From contig NC_092373.1 of the NCBI RefSeq assembly GCF_030028105.1, positions 55,949,450 to 56,013,449 on the forward strand: a stretch of 64,000 bases of DNA, read 5' to 3'. Made by a program: the position numbers and the translations under genes. The stretch comes from Mobula birostris (lineage: Eukaryota). The notes beneath the pieces were generated by a model. It saw only the letters and a program-made list of their open reading frames with translations, was not told the DNA's origin and searched no databases. Below, in pieces: positions 27,461 to 40,219 of this stretch (position 1 is the first letter of the stretch; each line of letters opens with the position of its first letter).

Positions 27461-28839
27461 CTTGTTGCGACAGTAGAGGTGGCCATGGACTGACTTATCC
27501 AGTATGAGTATTTTTGAGTATTTGGAGAGACAGTCTGAATAGGGATAGTCACGTGGTTTTGTGTGTGGTATGTTGTCTAACCACCAGAGTTTTTCAAAGA
27601 AGTTAGGAAAGGGGAAGACAAGGCAGTGGATGTTTTCTACATGAACTTCAGCAAGGCATTTGACAAGATCTGGCATGGCAGGTTGGTCAAGAAGGTTCAG
27701 TTGCTTGATGTTCAAGATGAGGTAGTAAATTGGTTTAAATATTGGCTATAACAGCTGGCAGTGGGATCTAGACTAACTGGAAAAGTGGGTTGAAAAATGA
27801 CAGATGGAAGTTAATGGAAACAAGTGTGAGGTGGTGCACTTTGGGAGGACCAACCAGGGTCAGACTTGCACAGTGAGCACTGGGGCACTGAGGAGTGTGG
27901 TAGAAGAAAGGGATCTGGGAATACAGGTCCATAATCTGTTGAAAGTGGCATCACATGTAATAGGATCATAAAGACTGCTTCTGGCATATTGGCCTTCATA
28001 AATCAATGTATTGAGTGCAGGAAATGGGATGTTATGTTGAAGTTATATAAGATGTTGGTGAGGCCTAATTTGGAGTATTGTGTGCAGTTTTGATCACCTA
28101 GCTACAGGAAAGATGTAAACAAGGCTGAAAGAGCACTGAGAAAATTTACAAGGATGTTGCTGGGACTGGAGAATGTGAGTTATCTGGAAAGATTGAATAG
28201 GTTTGGACTCTATTTCCTAAAATGTTGAAAATTGAGAGGAGAATTGATAGAGGTATTCAAAATTGAGGGGTATAGATAGGGTAAATGCGAGTAGGCGTTT
28301 TCCTCTAAGATTTGGTGAGACTACATCTAGAGGTCTTGGGTTAAGGGTGAAAGGTGAAATGTTTAAAGGCCACAAGTGGTGGGTGCAATTTTGATTTTGG
28401 CGCTTAAGAGCGATTTGTATAAGTACATGGATGGGAGTGGTATGGAGGGCTATGTTCCAGGTGCGGGTTGATGGGACTAGGCATTTTAAATGGTTCGGCA
28501 CAGACTAGAAGGGCCAAGTGGCCTTTTTCTGTGCTGTAATTTTCTATGACTCAAAGATCTTAATATCACTAGTTCTTTTAAGATGGTTCAAATATACGTT
28601 GCTGAAAGGGGAAATTACAAGTTGCAGGTTGCAGTGAGTGTATTTCAGAAGTATATTTAGAAACTTTGTAAGCAGCCTGCAACATGCCATGGGTCACCAG
28701 CGCCATCTTGAAATGAATAACTTTAATTACTTGGCCCATTTTCAACACTATCCAATTTCTTCAACGGATTCCCTGCTTCCAACCCTACCCGCAGAGAGGT
28801 GCGCCCCCCCCCCCCATGGCTCTTTGTATCATTCACAAG

Positions 28840-29560
28840 TTTAACCATAAAGCCATTAATTCCTTCATCCAGATCATTAAAGTGTAATGTGAAACATCAT
28901 AGTCTCAACACTGACCTATACAGAACACTATTTGTCACCAGCAGCCAACTGGAAAAGGCCAACTTAATTCCCACTGTTAACCTATTGCCAGTCAGCCAAT
29001 CTTCTATCCGTGCTGTACCTTTCCTGTAATACTGTGGTCTCCTAACTTATTCAATAGCCTCATGTGGAGCACCTTTTCAAAGGCCTTCTGAAATTCCAAG
29101 TAAACAATATCACTGACTCTCCTTTGTCTATCTTGCTCAAAGGATTCTTCCTCAATGAATCCCCTCTGGAAATGATACTGACTTCAGCCTATTTTTGTGT
29201 GCTTCCAGTACTCCAAAAAATCATCCCTTAAAATCTTACCATCCACTGAAATCAGGTTAACTGACGAGAATCAGGTTAACTGATGAGAATTTCCTGTTTT
29301 TTGCTTTCCTCTCTTGGAGTAAAGTGACATTTATGATTTATCCAGTGCTCTGGAACTATTTCTGGATCTACTGATTCTTGAAAGGCTATCTCTTTCAGAA
29401 CCATGGTCTGTAGGTGACTTGCCACTTTCAAGTCACCTTTCCAAACACCTTAGAAGAGGTGATTACAGTCACTACTGCCCAAATCTTATATATTTCTGGC
29501 ATGCTGCTGGTGACTTCCACAGCGAATATTTGCAGAAGATACTTTTTCAGGTTCTTTGTT
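28840..29560 (-). mobile_element. Highly degenerate CR1 fragment
   Basis: Nucleotide similarity to the RT region of the other CR1 copies. Confidence 0.6.
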
Positions 29561-29685
29561 CATCATTACTAGTTCTCAGAAGTGAATAGATCCATTTGCA
29601 TGCACATCTAGTTCTAAGTTTGTGTTTTTGAAATGTAAAAGTTGTAATGGATTCAAACTTGACTAAGATCTTCACTTTTTTACAG

Positions 29686-29739
29686 CTGGAACAAGTTAAT
29701 TTGTCTGCTGCACAAACTCTCAGAGCAGCTTTTATAAAG
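29686..29739 (+). CDS. PDCD10: PDCD10 coding exon 2 (LEQVNLSAAQTLRAAFIK)
   Basis: tttttacag acceptor, AAG|gtaagc donor, 54 nt, phase 0/0. Confidence 0.97.
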
Positions 29740-29869
29740 GTAAGCTTAATTATTAAAAATTAAAATGGTAATTTATATTTTAACCTGCATCTTGTCTAGC
29801 TGTTTAGCTTGTGTTCAACTTCAGAAATTTGAAGAATAGTGTGGTAGTGAAAATACTTTTGTCCAAATC

Positions 29870-30170
29870 TTGAGCAATACACAGTAATAGAGGAACTTAA
29901 GTCAGACAGCATCTGTAGAGGGAAATGAACAACTAACAGTTCCGGATGAGACTTCATCAGGACTGGAAAGGAAGGGAGCAGAAGCCAGATTAAGATGGGG
30001 AGGGGATGGAGTAAATGCTGGCAGTTGATAAGTGAAACCAGGTCAGGTGATCCGTGGATGGGTGGGGGGGTGGAATGAGGTAAGAAATTGAGAGATCATA
30101 GATGGAAGATCTGAAGGGCTGAAGATGGCAGAATCTGATAGGAGAGGACAGAAGACCATGGAAGGATGGA
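29870..30170 (-). mobile_element. Penelope terminal-repeat fragment
   Basis: cttcatcaggactggaaaggaagg motif with a decayed hammerhead. Confidence 0.7.
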
Positions 30171-33100
30171 AATATGATAATCTCTTTTCAAAATAGCTCT
30201 AATATTCTTTATTCCATACTAATGATGATGATTGAATTGAGGGCAATTGTTTTTAAGTGTTGATCAGTTAGTTTGCCTATACCACAGGGCCAGATTGACA
30301 TTCTATTGTCATTCATTTTGCTTCAATGGAACCCCTTGTGCCCTGTCCCATAATGATATTTTCAGTTTCTAACCTTAAATGGTCTTTTGTCTCTCCTGCA
30401 AATTATCTGATTTTGGTTTTTCTAAGCTTTGGATTGTTTTTAAGGCACAATATATTTAGTTATTCCCTGCACTATCAAAGTTCTCATTTACATTGAGAGT
30501 GGAATATCGCAATATTTTATGATTTGATTATTTAAGCACCCATGGTTAGGTCTTCAGCTGTAGGCTTCTCAAATTGTCTTGCTGCTTGTGGGGAAGTTTT
30601 CATTTTTTTTGAGGAAATCTCGGCATTGCATTCAGTAGTTTAGGAATGCCATGCTTTGTACCACATGGTACATAATATTACTAGAGTGATAACGTAATAT
30701 CCTGTTAAGAAAAATAGTTAATTTCCAACTCTGTCACAATCTCTTACCTCCTAAATGAAATAGAATTTGTACATCTCATCCTACATACTAGATATGGCTA
30801 TCACATTCTCTAATGACATTAAACTGTAATCAAAGGACAAAAGTGGGAAGATTCAGTTTTATATTACTGTTGACTCAAAACATTGAAAATCAAGTAGATT
30901 TAAGTGTCTGCTCAATAGGTTAGAATGTGAATTTCGCATCTTTGGATCTTGCCAAGGTTGAGTCATTTTGTTCCTCAAGCATTTGAGACTCATAATTGCT
31001 TTTATGTGAAGATAATTGAAATTAAAAAACTTGATACTCCTGTGGAACCTTGTGCTTAATTCTCTATTTGCCTATAGGAACCTAGCTCCCTTTTGGGAAA
31101 AGACTGTTCCAACCCCTTCAGAAATCTTGGATCCCTAGTGTAGACATCTTTCTTTATCATTTTTCACAGTGTCACAGATGGACAATGTTCAATAATGATT
31201 TGCATTTGTAGAGCTTGCATAAAAGGTCTGGCAGGGCTCTCCTGGGAATACTGTGTAAAAGTTTCAGCCTAAGAAATAATACACTTGTAATATAGAAGCA
31301 GGTCAATAAATTTAATTATTGGAATTCTTACTATAAGGAGAGAATAAACAGCTTAGACCCATACAGTTTTGGAAAATGTAGGTGATCAGTTTGAAATTTA
31401 CCAGATTCTTACAGGCTCTGACAAAGTCGCTTTGTCTTTTAATCAGAATCTCAAACGGAGTCAGCCCTTCAGGACAGATGAGATATCTCTTCACTCAGTG
31501 TAGTGAATCTTAGAACTTACCACCTAAAGAGTGCTGTGGGTGGTTAACATCAATCATTGAGAGTACTCAGAAGTAGAGATCAATAGGTATCTAAATATAA
31601 AGAATATTTTACAGATACAGCATTGGTACAGGACAATGGTGGTGCTAATAATTTGAGATTTGTTCATTTTTGGCTACTAATAGTGTTTAAAGATCAACTA
31701 TGATCTTATTGGAAAAGCAAAACCGGCTCAAGCAGGTGAATGACCAATTCTTGCTTTTGTTTATTTTCCCAACCTTTTGTGTTAAGTATCAAAGATCTAT
31801 GGTTGAATTTATAGGAAACCATGGCTAGAATTCTATATACAGTTTGGTTTCCTAAACTAAATAACATTTTTTGAGATGTTGCTGGGAAGTTTACTATGTT
31901 TCCAAGCATAGAGATGCAGTTCGATGATGAGCGAGCCAGCAGTGTAGACCTGCATTCTCTGACTGACATTTCATGGCTATATTTTTTGAAAAATGGCCAT
32001 GAATAGGCAGATGCTAAAAAAAAATTGTCTTTGCAGGTTAGTGCAGACTCTGCAATCAAGGTTTCAGGGTAGGGTGTCATCTATTTAAGACTAAGTTAAT
32101 TTATTCACATTTGAAGACTGGTAATCTTTGGAATTCTTATATTAGCTGGCTTTTGATACTTGTGTTTATTTGAGATTCGTACATATTTGACATGATGGAA
32201 TGTGTAGGCTATACAGATGTAGAAAGAAAATGGAATTTTGTAAATGTTCAGTCATGATCTTGCTCAGTGGAGTAGGCAAGTGACTAACCTGATCAACTTC
32301 TGATTCTATTTTTATGTTCTTGTGTGTGACGTCACTATAACGGAACAATAACATCACTTGGGAAATCTGAGGAAGTTTCTGACCTTCTGGAGTCTGCAAG
32401 TCGATGGTTACCACTGAAATACCAGTTGTATAAATTGCAGCATTTAAAAACTTGTTTCTAAATGTTTAACCTGGATGACAGATTCAGTTGGAACAAATAC
32501 TAAAAGTTCAGGAAAAGAAGCTTTTATTTTACTGTTAGTAACCAATTCAAAATGATTGGCTTCACTTTTATATAAAATTGCAATAAAGGGGGGAGTACTA
32601 GTAAATTAGAGGAACTTTTTAATCAGAATTTCTACCCTATGCTGTCTGTCTCATTCAGGTAGCTTTAAGTTTGAAGCAAACATTTCAAGAGTAATTTTTG
32701 GAAAAAGCACCGTATAGGAAAGAATGTTGTTTCCTTGTGTACTATTGAGCCATGGGGAGGAGAAGGTTTTTATGTACATGTGAACTTGCTGTTTGTGGGG
32801 TGCACAAATCAGCCATGACAAATATTTCAGTTAATGTAAAGGATATTTTTAATGTTCTTTTATTAAAGTTTGGAATTAATTTTCTTTGCATTATACACAA
32901 TTTACAACTTAATCTATACATCTGAGCTATGCATATTTTGAAAATATTTCAATTTTAACTAAAAGTTCAAACAATGGAAAATGATTAATTACTGGATATA
33001 ACTTGTTCATTCTTGCACAGCCTCATCCTCGTAGATCCTGTTTCTAAAAGGCAGCTCTCCACCCATGTTTTGGGTATTGCTTCTGTACCTAAACGAATTA

Positions 33101-34546
33101 TACATTCCTAAACATTTAAAGTATTAAAATTGGCAGTTTGTCACTTTCAGCATACCTGTTCTCCTGTGGCTTTTTATTCTATACTACTTCTCCGTTTTCT
33201 CCCACGTTTGTTTATTTTCATGTCTTTTTCCATCTTGTATTTGTAGTCTTGTAGCCTGTATTGTATGGACTTGCCTACTAACACAGATTGTGTGAATGAA
33301 TATATTGAAAGGAGGCTGTAAAGGGTTATTGATGTTCAAGTTAACGGGTGAAGATCAGCAAATATGAGAGGCTGCAGCATTCAAAGAAATCTGGATGTCC
33401 TAATGCATGAGTTGTAGAAGCCATCTATGCAGATACAAAGAAATTTGCAAAGCTAACAAAATTGTTTATTGCAAGAAGAATTGAATGCAAAAGTAGGGTG
33501 ATTATGATTCAGTTATATAGGGTATTAGTGAGACCACACATGGAGAACTGCTTACAGAATTTAAACAAGAATGTAAGTGCTTCAACTGTGATTTTTGAAA
33601 CCAATCCTTATGAATGTAAATTATCTTCAGGAATTAGTTTCATGTCTTTCAGTGGTGTGACACTGTTAAGTTGATAAAGGACTAATGTTTTATTATTATC
33701 TAACACGTTTGTAATGTTTTTAAAGAAAAGTGTATGTTTAAAATAAATAGTGGTTTGGATAGCATTAGACAAAGGTTGGATAGTATTTTCTCATTTTGCA
33801 AATTATTCATTTGCACATGAAAGCTTTGAGGCAGAATAAGAGCACAGTGGGTTTCAGAAATGATAGGTGTTCATGTAATTGTTCAATGTCTGTGTTTTGC
33901 TATGTTTCTGATATCTCTGTATAAAGAATTTGGTATGTTGCAAAAAGAGCCTTTTCAGTTCTTTAGGTAACATATCTGCTGAAGTATAGTTTTAAATGCA
34001 TTTCTGTATTAATTGTCTTGAATTATGTGGAATAATTGTTCTTTCTAATCTACCTGATGTTTTTTAAATCTTTGCTTGAGCTACAATTTTGCTTCTATAA
34101 TGTAATCCAAACTGCATGATTAGTTTGCAAAAACAAAATATTTAAAGAAGTTGAGACCTTTTTGCTCTTTTCACAAACTAGTTTGGGATCCCTTCTGTAA
34201 GGAAAGGTGTGCTGCTATTGGAGAGGGTCCAGAGGAGGTCCAAGAGAATGATTCCAGGAATGAAAAGGTTAACATATGAGCATTTGATCCCAAGTGATAG
34301 GCAAATGACCGACTAGATTATGTAGGATGGAAGTGTACAATATACTTCATAAGGAAAACCTGCATTTAAAAAAAACTTGTACAGAACTGCTATAAAGCTT
34401 ATTTGATATTTTTTAAATATTTGATAACTTTTTTTCTTGTGCAATTGAAGTATTTTTAGCCTTTCATCTTTCAGGAATGGTTAAACATGAATTTTGTAGT
34501 TATGTTCAGGAAACGCTCTTTCAATACATGAATTCTTCTAACTTAG

Positions 34547-34664
34547 GCTGAAAAAGAAAATCCTGGTCTCACTCAAGACATCATAACTAAGATTCTGGAA
34601 AAAAATTGTGTGGAAGTTAATTTCACTGAATCATTGCTGCGGATGGCTAGTGACGATGTTGAAG
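34547..34664 (+). CDS. PDCD10: PDCD10 coding exon 3 ([39 protein letters not shown])
   Basis: acttag acceptor, G|gtatga donor, 118 nt, in frame with its neighbours. Confidence 0.97.
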
Positions 34665-35002
34665 GTATGACACAAAACAGACACCCAACATCAAAATTAT
34701 TTTTAAAATTTGAGCTATGATTAAATGATGGCAATATAATTTCATATCTACAGCAGTAAAAGAAGTAACTGATTAAATGAGACTATAAAACTGAAAAGGT
34801 GCTTTGCTAATGTCCTGAAATAGTGGTCTTATAAAAAATAAAAAAATTAAAAATACTTGGGTCATGTATGATCTGTGGAGAAGAAATAGAAAATATTTTG
34901 GGTCAGGTCTTTCGTCAGGACTTTAAGTTGAACCTTTCCTGATGAAAAGTAGTTGACCTGAAATGTTAAATCTATTCCGCTCTGCAGTTTGCTGTGAATC
35001 TC

Positions 35003-35035
<33 letters not shown>

Positions 35036-35454
35036 TTAAATTTATTTAAGATTTTTGTATTTGCTACGTTTTGGTTTTAGGGATGCTTGCAATTTTTCAC
35101 TTTATATACAAAATTAATTATACGAATGAGTAAGCAAATATCTGGTTAATGGACATGTACAAGAATGCTGGTATAAGAAGTTTGAAAAGTAATGTATAGA
35201 GTTAAACTTAGCATTGCAGTCATTAGCCATTGTTCTTTTTTTATGGCTTTAAATTGAATCTTTGGAAATAGCCTTGCGTATGCGGTCTGAATTTTCACGA
35301 GGTACCTCAGTGAACTATCTGCAGATGTAACTGAAATATTCTGGTACAAAACATAAGTTATAAAAGGTGTACCTCTGTTCCCATTTATGAAATGGAGGTG
35401 TTCCTGGAAAAATCTTAAGTGAAAATTTGTAAATTGTAAAGCCTAGAACAAGTA

Positions 35455-36960
35455 AACAAGATATTCTGTAAATGTTGGAAATCCAGAGCAACCCACATAA
35501 AATACTGGAAGAATTCAGCAGGTCAGGCAGCATCCAAGGAAAGGAATAACAAGCCAGTGCTTTGGGCCAAGACCCTTTATCAGGAATGCAAAGGAAGGAG
35601 AAAGAAGCCAAAATAAGATGGTGGTGGGAGGGAAGGAGTACAAGTTAGAAGGTGATGGGTGAAAACAGCTGAGGAGGATGTTTAATATGTGGGGAAGGCG
35701 TATTAAGGGAGAAGCTGGGAGATGATAGGTGGAAGAGGTAAAGGCTGAGGAAGAAGGAATCTGATCAGGCAGAACAGTGGACCATGGGAGAAAGGGGAGA
35801 ATGGGGGGCAGTAGAGCAAGTTGATAGGCAGGTAAGAAGTGAAGCTGTAAGAGGGAAGCTAGAATGGGCAAAGAATAAAATCGAGTAGGGGAGGGGGAGA
35901 AATTACTGTAAGTTGGACAGAACTACGTTCATGCCAATAGGTTGGAGGCTACCCAGATGGAATATGAGGTGTTGCTTCTCTAACCTGAGAATGGCCTCTT
36001 TGTGTCAGTAGAGGTGGCCATGGGCATGTTGGAATGGGAATGGTCAAGGGAATTAAAATGGTTAACCACCAGGAAATCCTGCTTGTCACTGACGTTGAGC
36101 CCACACTGGGAGCATCAGATACAGTAGACAACCCCAACAGACTCAAGTGACGTGATGCCTCAGCTGGAAGGACTGTTTAGGGCCCTGAATAGAAATGAAG
36201 GACAAAGTGAAAGTGCAGGTATAGCACTTCTGCTGGCATGGATGAGTGCCTGGAGGGGAGAAATGAACGGACAAGGGAGTCACAGAGAGAACAGTTGCCA
36301 AAGGAAGAGGTGAGTGGGGGGAGGGGAGGATGTGTTTAGTAGCTGGATCTATTTGAAGAGAAAGATGTGCTACATGTGGAGGCTCATGGGGTGGTAGGAA
36401 AGGACAAGAGGAACTCTCCCTCTTAAAACAGTGGAAGATTGGGTGAGTGCAGATGTCCTGGAAATGAGATGCTGGTGTGGGTGGCATCAGGGGTTGAAGA
36501 AAGACAACATCTCTGATGTTCTGGAGAGGAAAGCCTCATTTTGGGAACAGATGTGGCATGATGGAGGAACTGAGAAAAGGGAATGGCATTTTTGCAATTG
36601 ACATGGTGGGAAGATAGCTCAAGAAAGCTGTGAGACCCAGTAGTTTATGAAAGCTATCAGTAAGCAGCCTGATCTCCAAAAATGAAAATAGAGATTGAGC
36701 AAGGGGTGGGAGGAGGAGAGGTGTCAGAAATGGACCAAGGGAATTTAAGTGCAGGTTGGAATTTGGAGGCAAAATTGACTAAATTGAGGTCAGCATGGGT
36801 GCAGGAAGCAGCACCAATGCAGTCATCACTGTAGCACAGAAGGAGTTGGAGAGTGCTAAGTAAAGCCATGTAACATGTAGGCAACAAAAAGGCAGGCAGA
36901 GCTAGGACCTATGCAGGTGCCTTGGGTTTGGAGAAAGTGGAAGGAGCCAAAAATTGAGTG
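35455..36960 (-). mobile_element. Penelope-like element (Neptune-type), 3' part, degenerate
   Basis: YSDDCIGAASC RT motif, HPCQQKCYTC cysteine linker, terminal repeat with a decayed hammerhead. Confidence 0.8.
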
Positions 36961-36989
36961 TGAGGAAGGCCATAAGCATGTGCATAATT

Positions 36990-38540
36990 AGACTATTGGG
37001 CTCAAGAGTCTGCTCCACCATTCCAGCATGGCTGATTTATTATTCCTCAATCCCATTCCCTGTAACCTTTGATGCTCTAACTAATCGAGACCCTATTAAC
37101 CTGTGCTTTAAATATATTCAGTGACTTGGCCTCCACAACTGCCTGTGCCAATGAATTCCACAGATTCACTACTCTCTGACTAAAAAAATTCTTCCTCATC
37201 TGTATTCTAAATGGATGCCCTTTGTTTCTGAGGCTGTGCCCTCTGGTCCTAGACCTCAAATCATCCTTCAAAACTCCAACAAGTACAGGCCCAGAGCCAT
37301 GAAACAGTTCTCATATTTTAACCCTTTCATTCCTGAAATCATTCTCGTAAAACTCCTTTGGACCCTTTCCAATGCCAGCATATCTTTTCTTGGATAAGGG
37401 GCCTCAGTGTGGCCTGACCAATGCCTTATAAAGCCTTAACATCACATCCTTGCTCTTGTGTTCTAGTCCTCTCAAAATGAATGCTAACATTGCATTTGCA
37501 TTCCTCACCAAAAACTTAAATTGCAAGTTAACCTTTGGGGAATCCTGCACAAGAACTCGCAAGTCTGTTTGCACCTCTGATTTTTGAATTTTCTCTGTTT
37601 AGAAATAGTCTTCAGTATGCCTTTATTCCTTCTACCAAAGTGCATGACCATACACTTCCCTACACTATATTTGATCTGCCACTTCTTGGCCCATTTTCCC
37701 AATCTAAGTTCTTCTGCATACTCACTGCTTCCTCAACACTTTCTGCCCCTCCAACTACCTTTGTATCATCTGCAGACTTGGCCACAAGACCATCAATTTG
37801 CAGAGCAGAATCGATGGACTGAATGGCCTACTTCTGCTCCTGTATCTCAGTCTAATTCCATCATCCAAATCATTGACATATAATGTAAAAAGAAATGGTC
37901 CCAAGATTGACCTCTGTGGAACACCACTAGTCACTGGAAGTCAATTAAAAAAAGACTTACCTTTATTTCCATTCTTTGTTTCCTGTCAGTCAGCCAATCT
38001 TCTATCCATGCAAATATCGTTAATGTAATACCATGGGATGTTACCTTGTTAAGCAGCCTTATGTGTGACACCTTGTCAAAGGTCTTCTAAAAAATCTGAA
38101 TAAACAACATTCACTGACTCTCCTTTGTCCATCTTGCATGTTGTTTCCTCAAAGAATTCCAAAAAATTGGTCAGGTAAGACTTCCCCTTCAGGAAACTGT
38201 GCTGGCTTTGGCCTACTATCATGTGCCTCCAAGTGCCTCAAAATCTCATAGTTAATAATGGATTCCAGCATCTTTCCAGCCACTGAAGCCCTGAGTAACT
38301 GGCCTTAATATCCTTTCTTCTGCCTCCCTCCTTTCTTAAAGAGTGGAGTGACATTTGCAATTTTCTAGTCCTCTGGAACCATTCCAGAATCTAGTGATTC
38401 TTGAACAATCATTACTAATGCCTCCACAGTATCTTCTGCACCTTCTCCTTGGTAATAGCAACTACACTCACTCTCCCCCCCCCCCCCCCCGCAACACACT
38501 CGAATTTCTGGCACACTACTTGCGCCTCCCAAAGTGAAAA
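36990..38540 (-). mobile_element. Degenerate CR1 LINE
   Basis: KWAKKWQIKYSVGKCMVMHFG and RKNFFSQRVVNLWNSL peptides. Confidence 0.85.
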
Positions 38541-38622
38541 TTGACACAAAATGCTTTAAGCAACACACATCAAAGTTGCTGGTGAACGCAGCAGGCCAGG
38601 CAGCATCTCTAGGAGGAGGTAC

Positions 38623-38658
38623 AGTCGACGTTTCAGGCCGAGACCCTTCGTCAGGACT
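38623..38658 (-). ncRNA. Minimal type I hammerhead ribozyme (Penelope-associated), near intact
   Basis: Minus strand AGTC-CTGACGA-AGGGTCTCGGCCT-GAAA-CGTC^GACT: stem I, conserved core, palindromic ACGT stem III, GUC cleavage triplet. Confidence 0.75.
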
Positions 38659-38845
38659 AACTGCATCTTCAGAGTGCGGTGAATCAGCAGAAGCCTGTAT
38701 CATGAAAATTCTAATCATATTATTCCTCATATTGCACAAAAGGTGGTTCATTTGTAAATCCTTGAGAGAAATGCACCAATTTAAATGTATCTAAATGATT
38801 TCTGCTACTACTTTCTTTCTCATGCATACAGTTTTCTATTCATAG

Positions 38846-38972
38846 AATATATGATCGACAGGCAAGAACCAGAATTTCGGGAACTTAATGACAAAGCACG
38901 AGCACTGAAAAATATCCTCAGCAAAATTCCTGATGAGATCAATGATAGGGTCCGATTTCTTCAGACAATCAA
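38846..38972 (+). CDS. PDCD10: PDCD10 coding exon 4 ([43 protein letters not shown])
   Basis: catag acceptor, AA|gtaggt donor, 127 nt; overlaps ORF 38785..38976. Confidence 0.97.
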
Positions 38973-40219
38973 GTAGGTATTGTGAATCTCGGGTCAGTCA
39001 GGCTGACCTAAAATTTCATTGTGTAACTAACTTCATTTTCTTCTCCACCCTTTCTAATCCTGTAAGTGCATCATTCTTTTCATTTGCTCTTGTACTCAAA
39101 ATTACATTTCTGCAACTGCCAAATTGCAGAGCCACACCTGTACTTCACATGGCCTAACACCATTAAAACCATTGTTGTCATGCTGAATGATCCCCCTGAA
39201 TAGTATTCATTGCTCTCTCCAGATTCTAAGGAATAGAAACTTTTGCACAGGTACGCCATGTAACAAAGTTAGCCTTTTTCTGCTAGTATGGCTGAACTGA
39301 ATGTAACGATAGCATTCTCCTATTCCCATCTTTCAAATGGCTCATTGTTCCAGGGGTTGTTAACCCCAGGCTGTTTCCTTCCTCAAGAAGTTTGTCTTAT
39401 AATCCTTCTTTGAATGTGCATATTTCTAATAATGTCCACAGGGGTCAGTTATTTAGCTTGTCTATCATTGGACAGCTGACTGCGCCTCTCCTGCCTTGCT
39501 TGCTTCTGCTGCAGTCATTTGGCCTGAGCTCTCATTTTTAATTTTCTGTCCTATCTCCCCTCATGCCTTCTCTGAGTCTATCTTGCCCATAAGATCATCT
39601 CAACCCTATTCACACTCACTCTGCATGCCATTGTTCCTTTCTGCTTCCCAAAACAGCTGATAGTTTTCGATGCTTGGGCAGAGTACCTTCTCAAGATGTC
39701 ATGATCTTCAGGAAAAAATAGAATCTCTAATCCCTTACCTACTCGATTTTCTAATCCCGTCATCCCATCCTTGCTAATCATCACCCCATCTCTGACCTTC
39801 CTTTCCTCTTGTCCTTGTGCATACTGTCCAAATTCATGCCCATGTTTTCCATGTTTGAAATATTCCAGCTACGTTTCTGCTGTTACAACACACTAAGATA
39901 GCTCAAACCAATGTCAATATTGATGTATCACCTCATCCATCCTAACTGATCTGCATGGTTAGTCACTCTTATCCTTAGTGCTCTTGGTCTGAATTCAGAT
40001 ATAGATAACCACTTTGTTTAGGTTATCTGTAACTGAAATCATCATACTTTGTTAATGAATTGTTACATGTTTTCTCTGTAAATTATTCATAATTTTGCTT
40101 ATTATTTAAAATTATGCTAGATACCATTCACCCACTGCATATGTAGTTTCTGACCTATATTGGTTTGCAATTAAGTAACACATCAGTCTTAACACTCTTG
40201 CCTTGATCTTCACATTTCT

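Larger units (their letters stand above)
22780..28552 (+). mobile_element. Old CR1 LINE including ORF1 remnants, split by nested insertions at ~24042-27495
   Basis: ORF1 C-x2-C...FTCKKCIQLQL and VVIGD remnants at 22.8-23.5 kb; RT region resumes near 27496; 3' tail near 28550. Confidence 0.75.

Noticed and set aside
39230-40000. Possible ancient L2 remnants (also ~61440-62470 on minus)
   Set aside because: Only faint motif similarity; too degenerate to support without an alignment.
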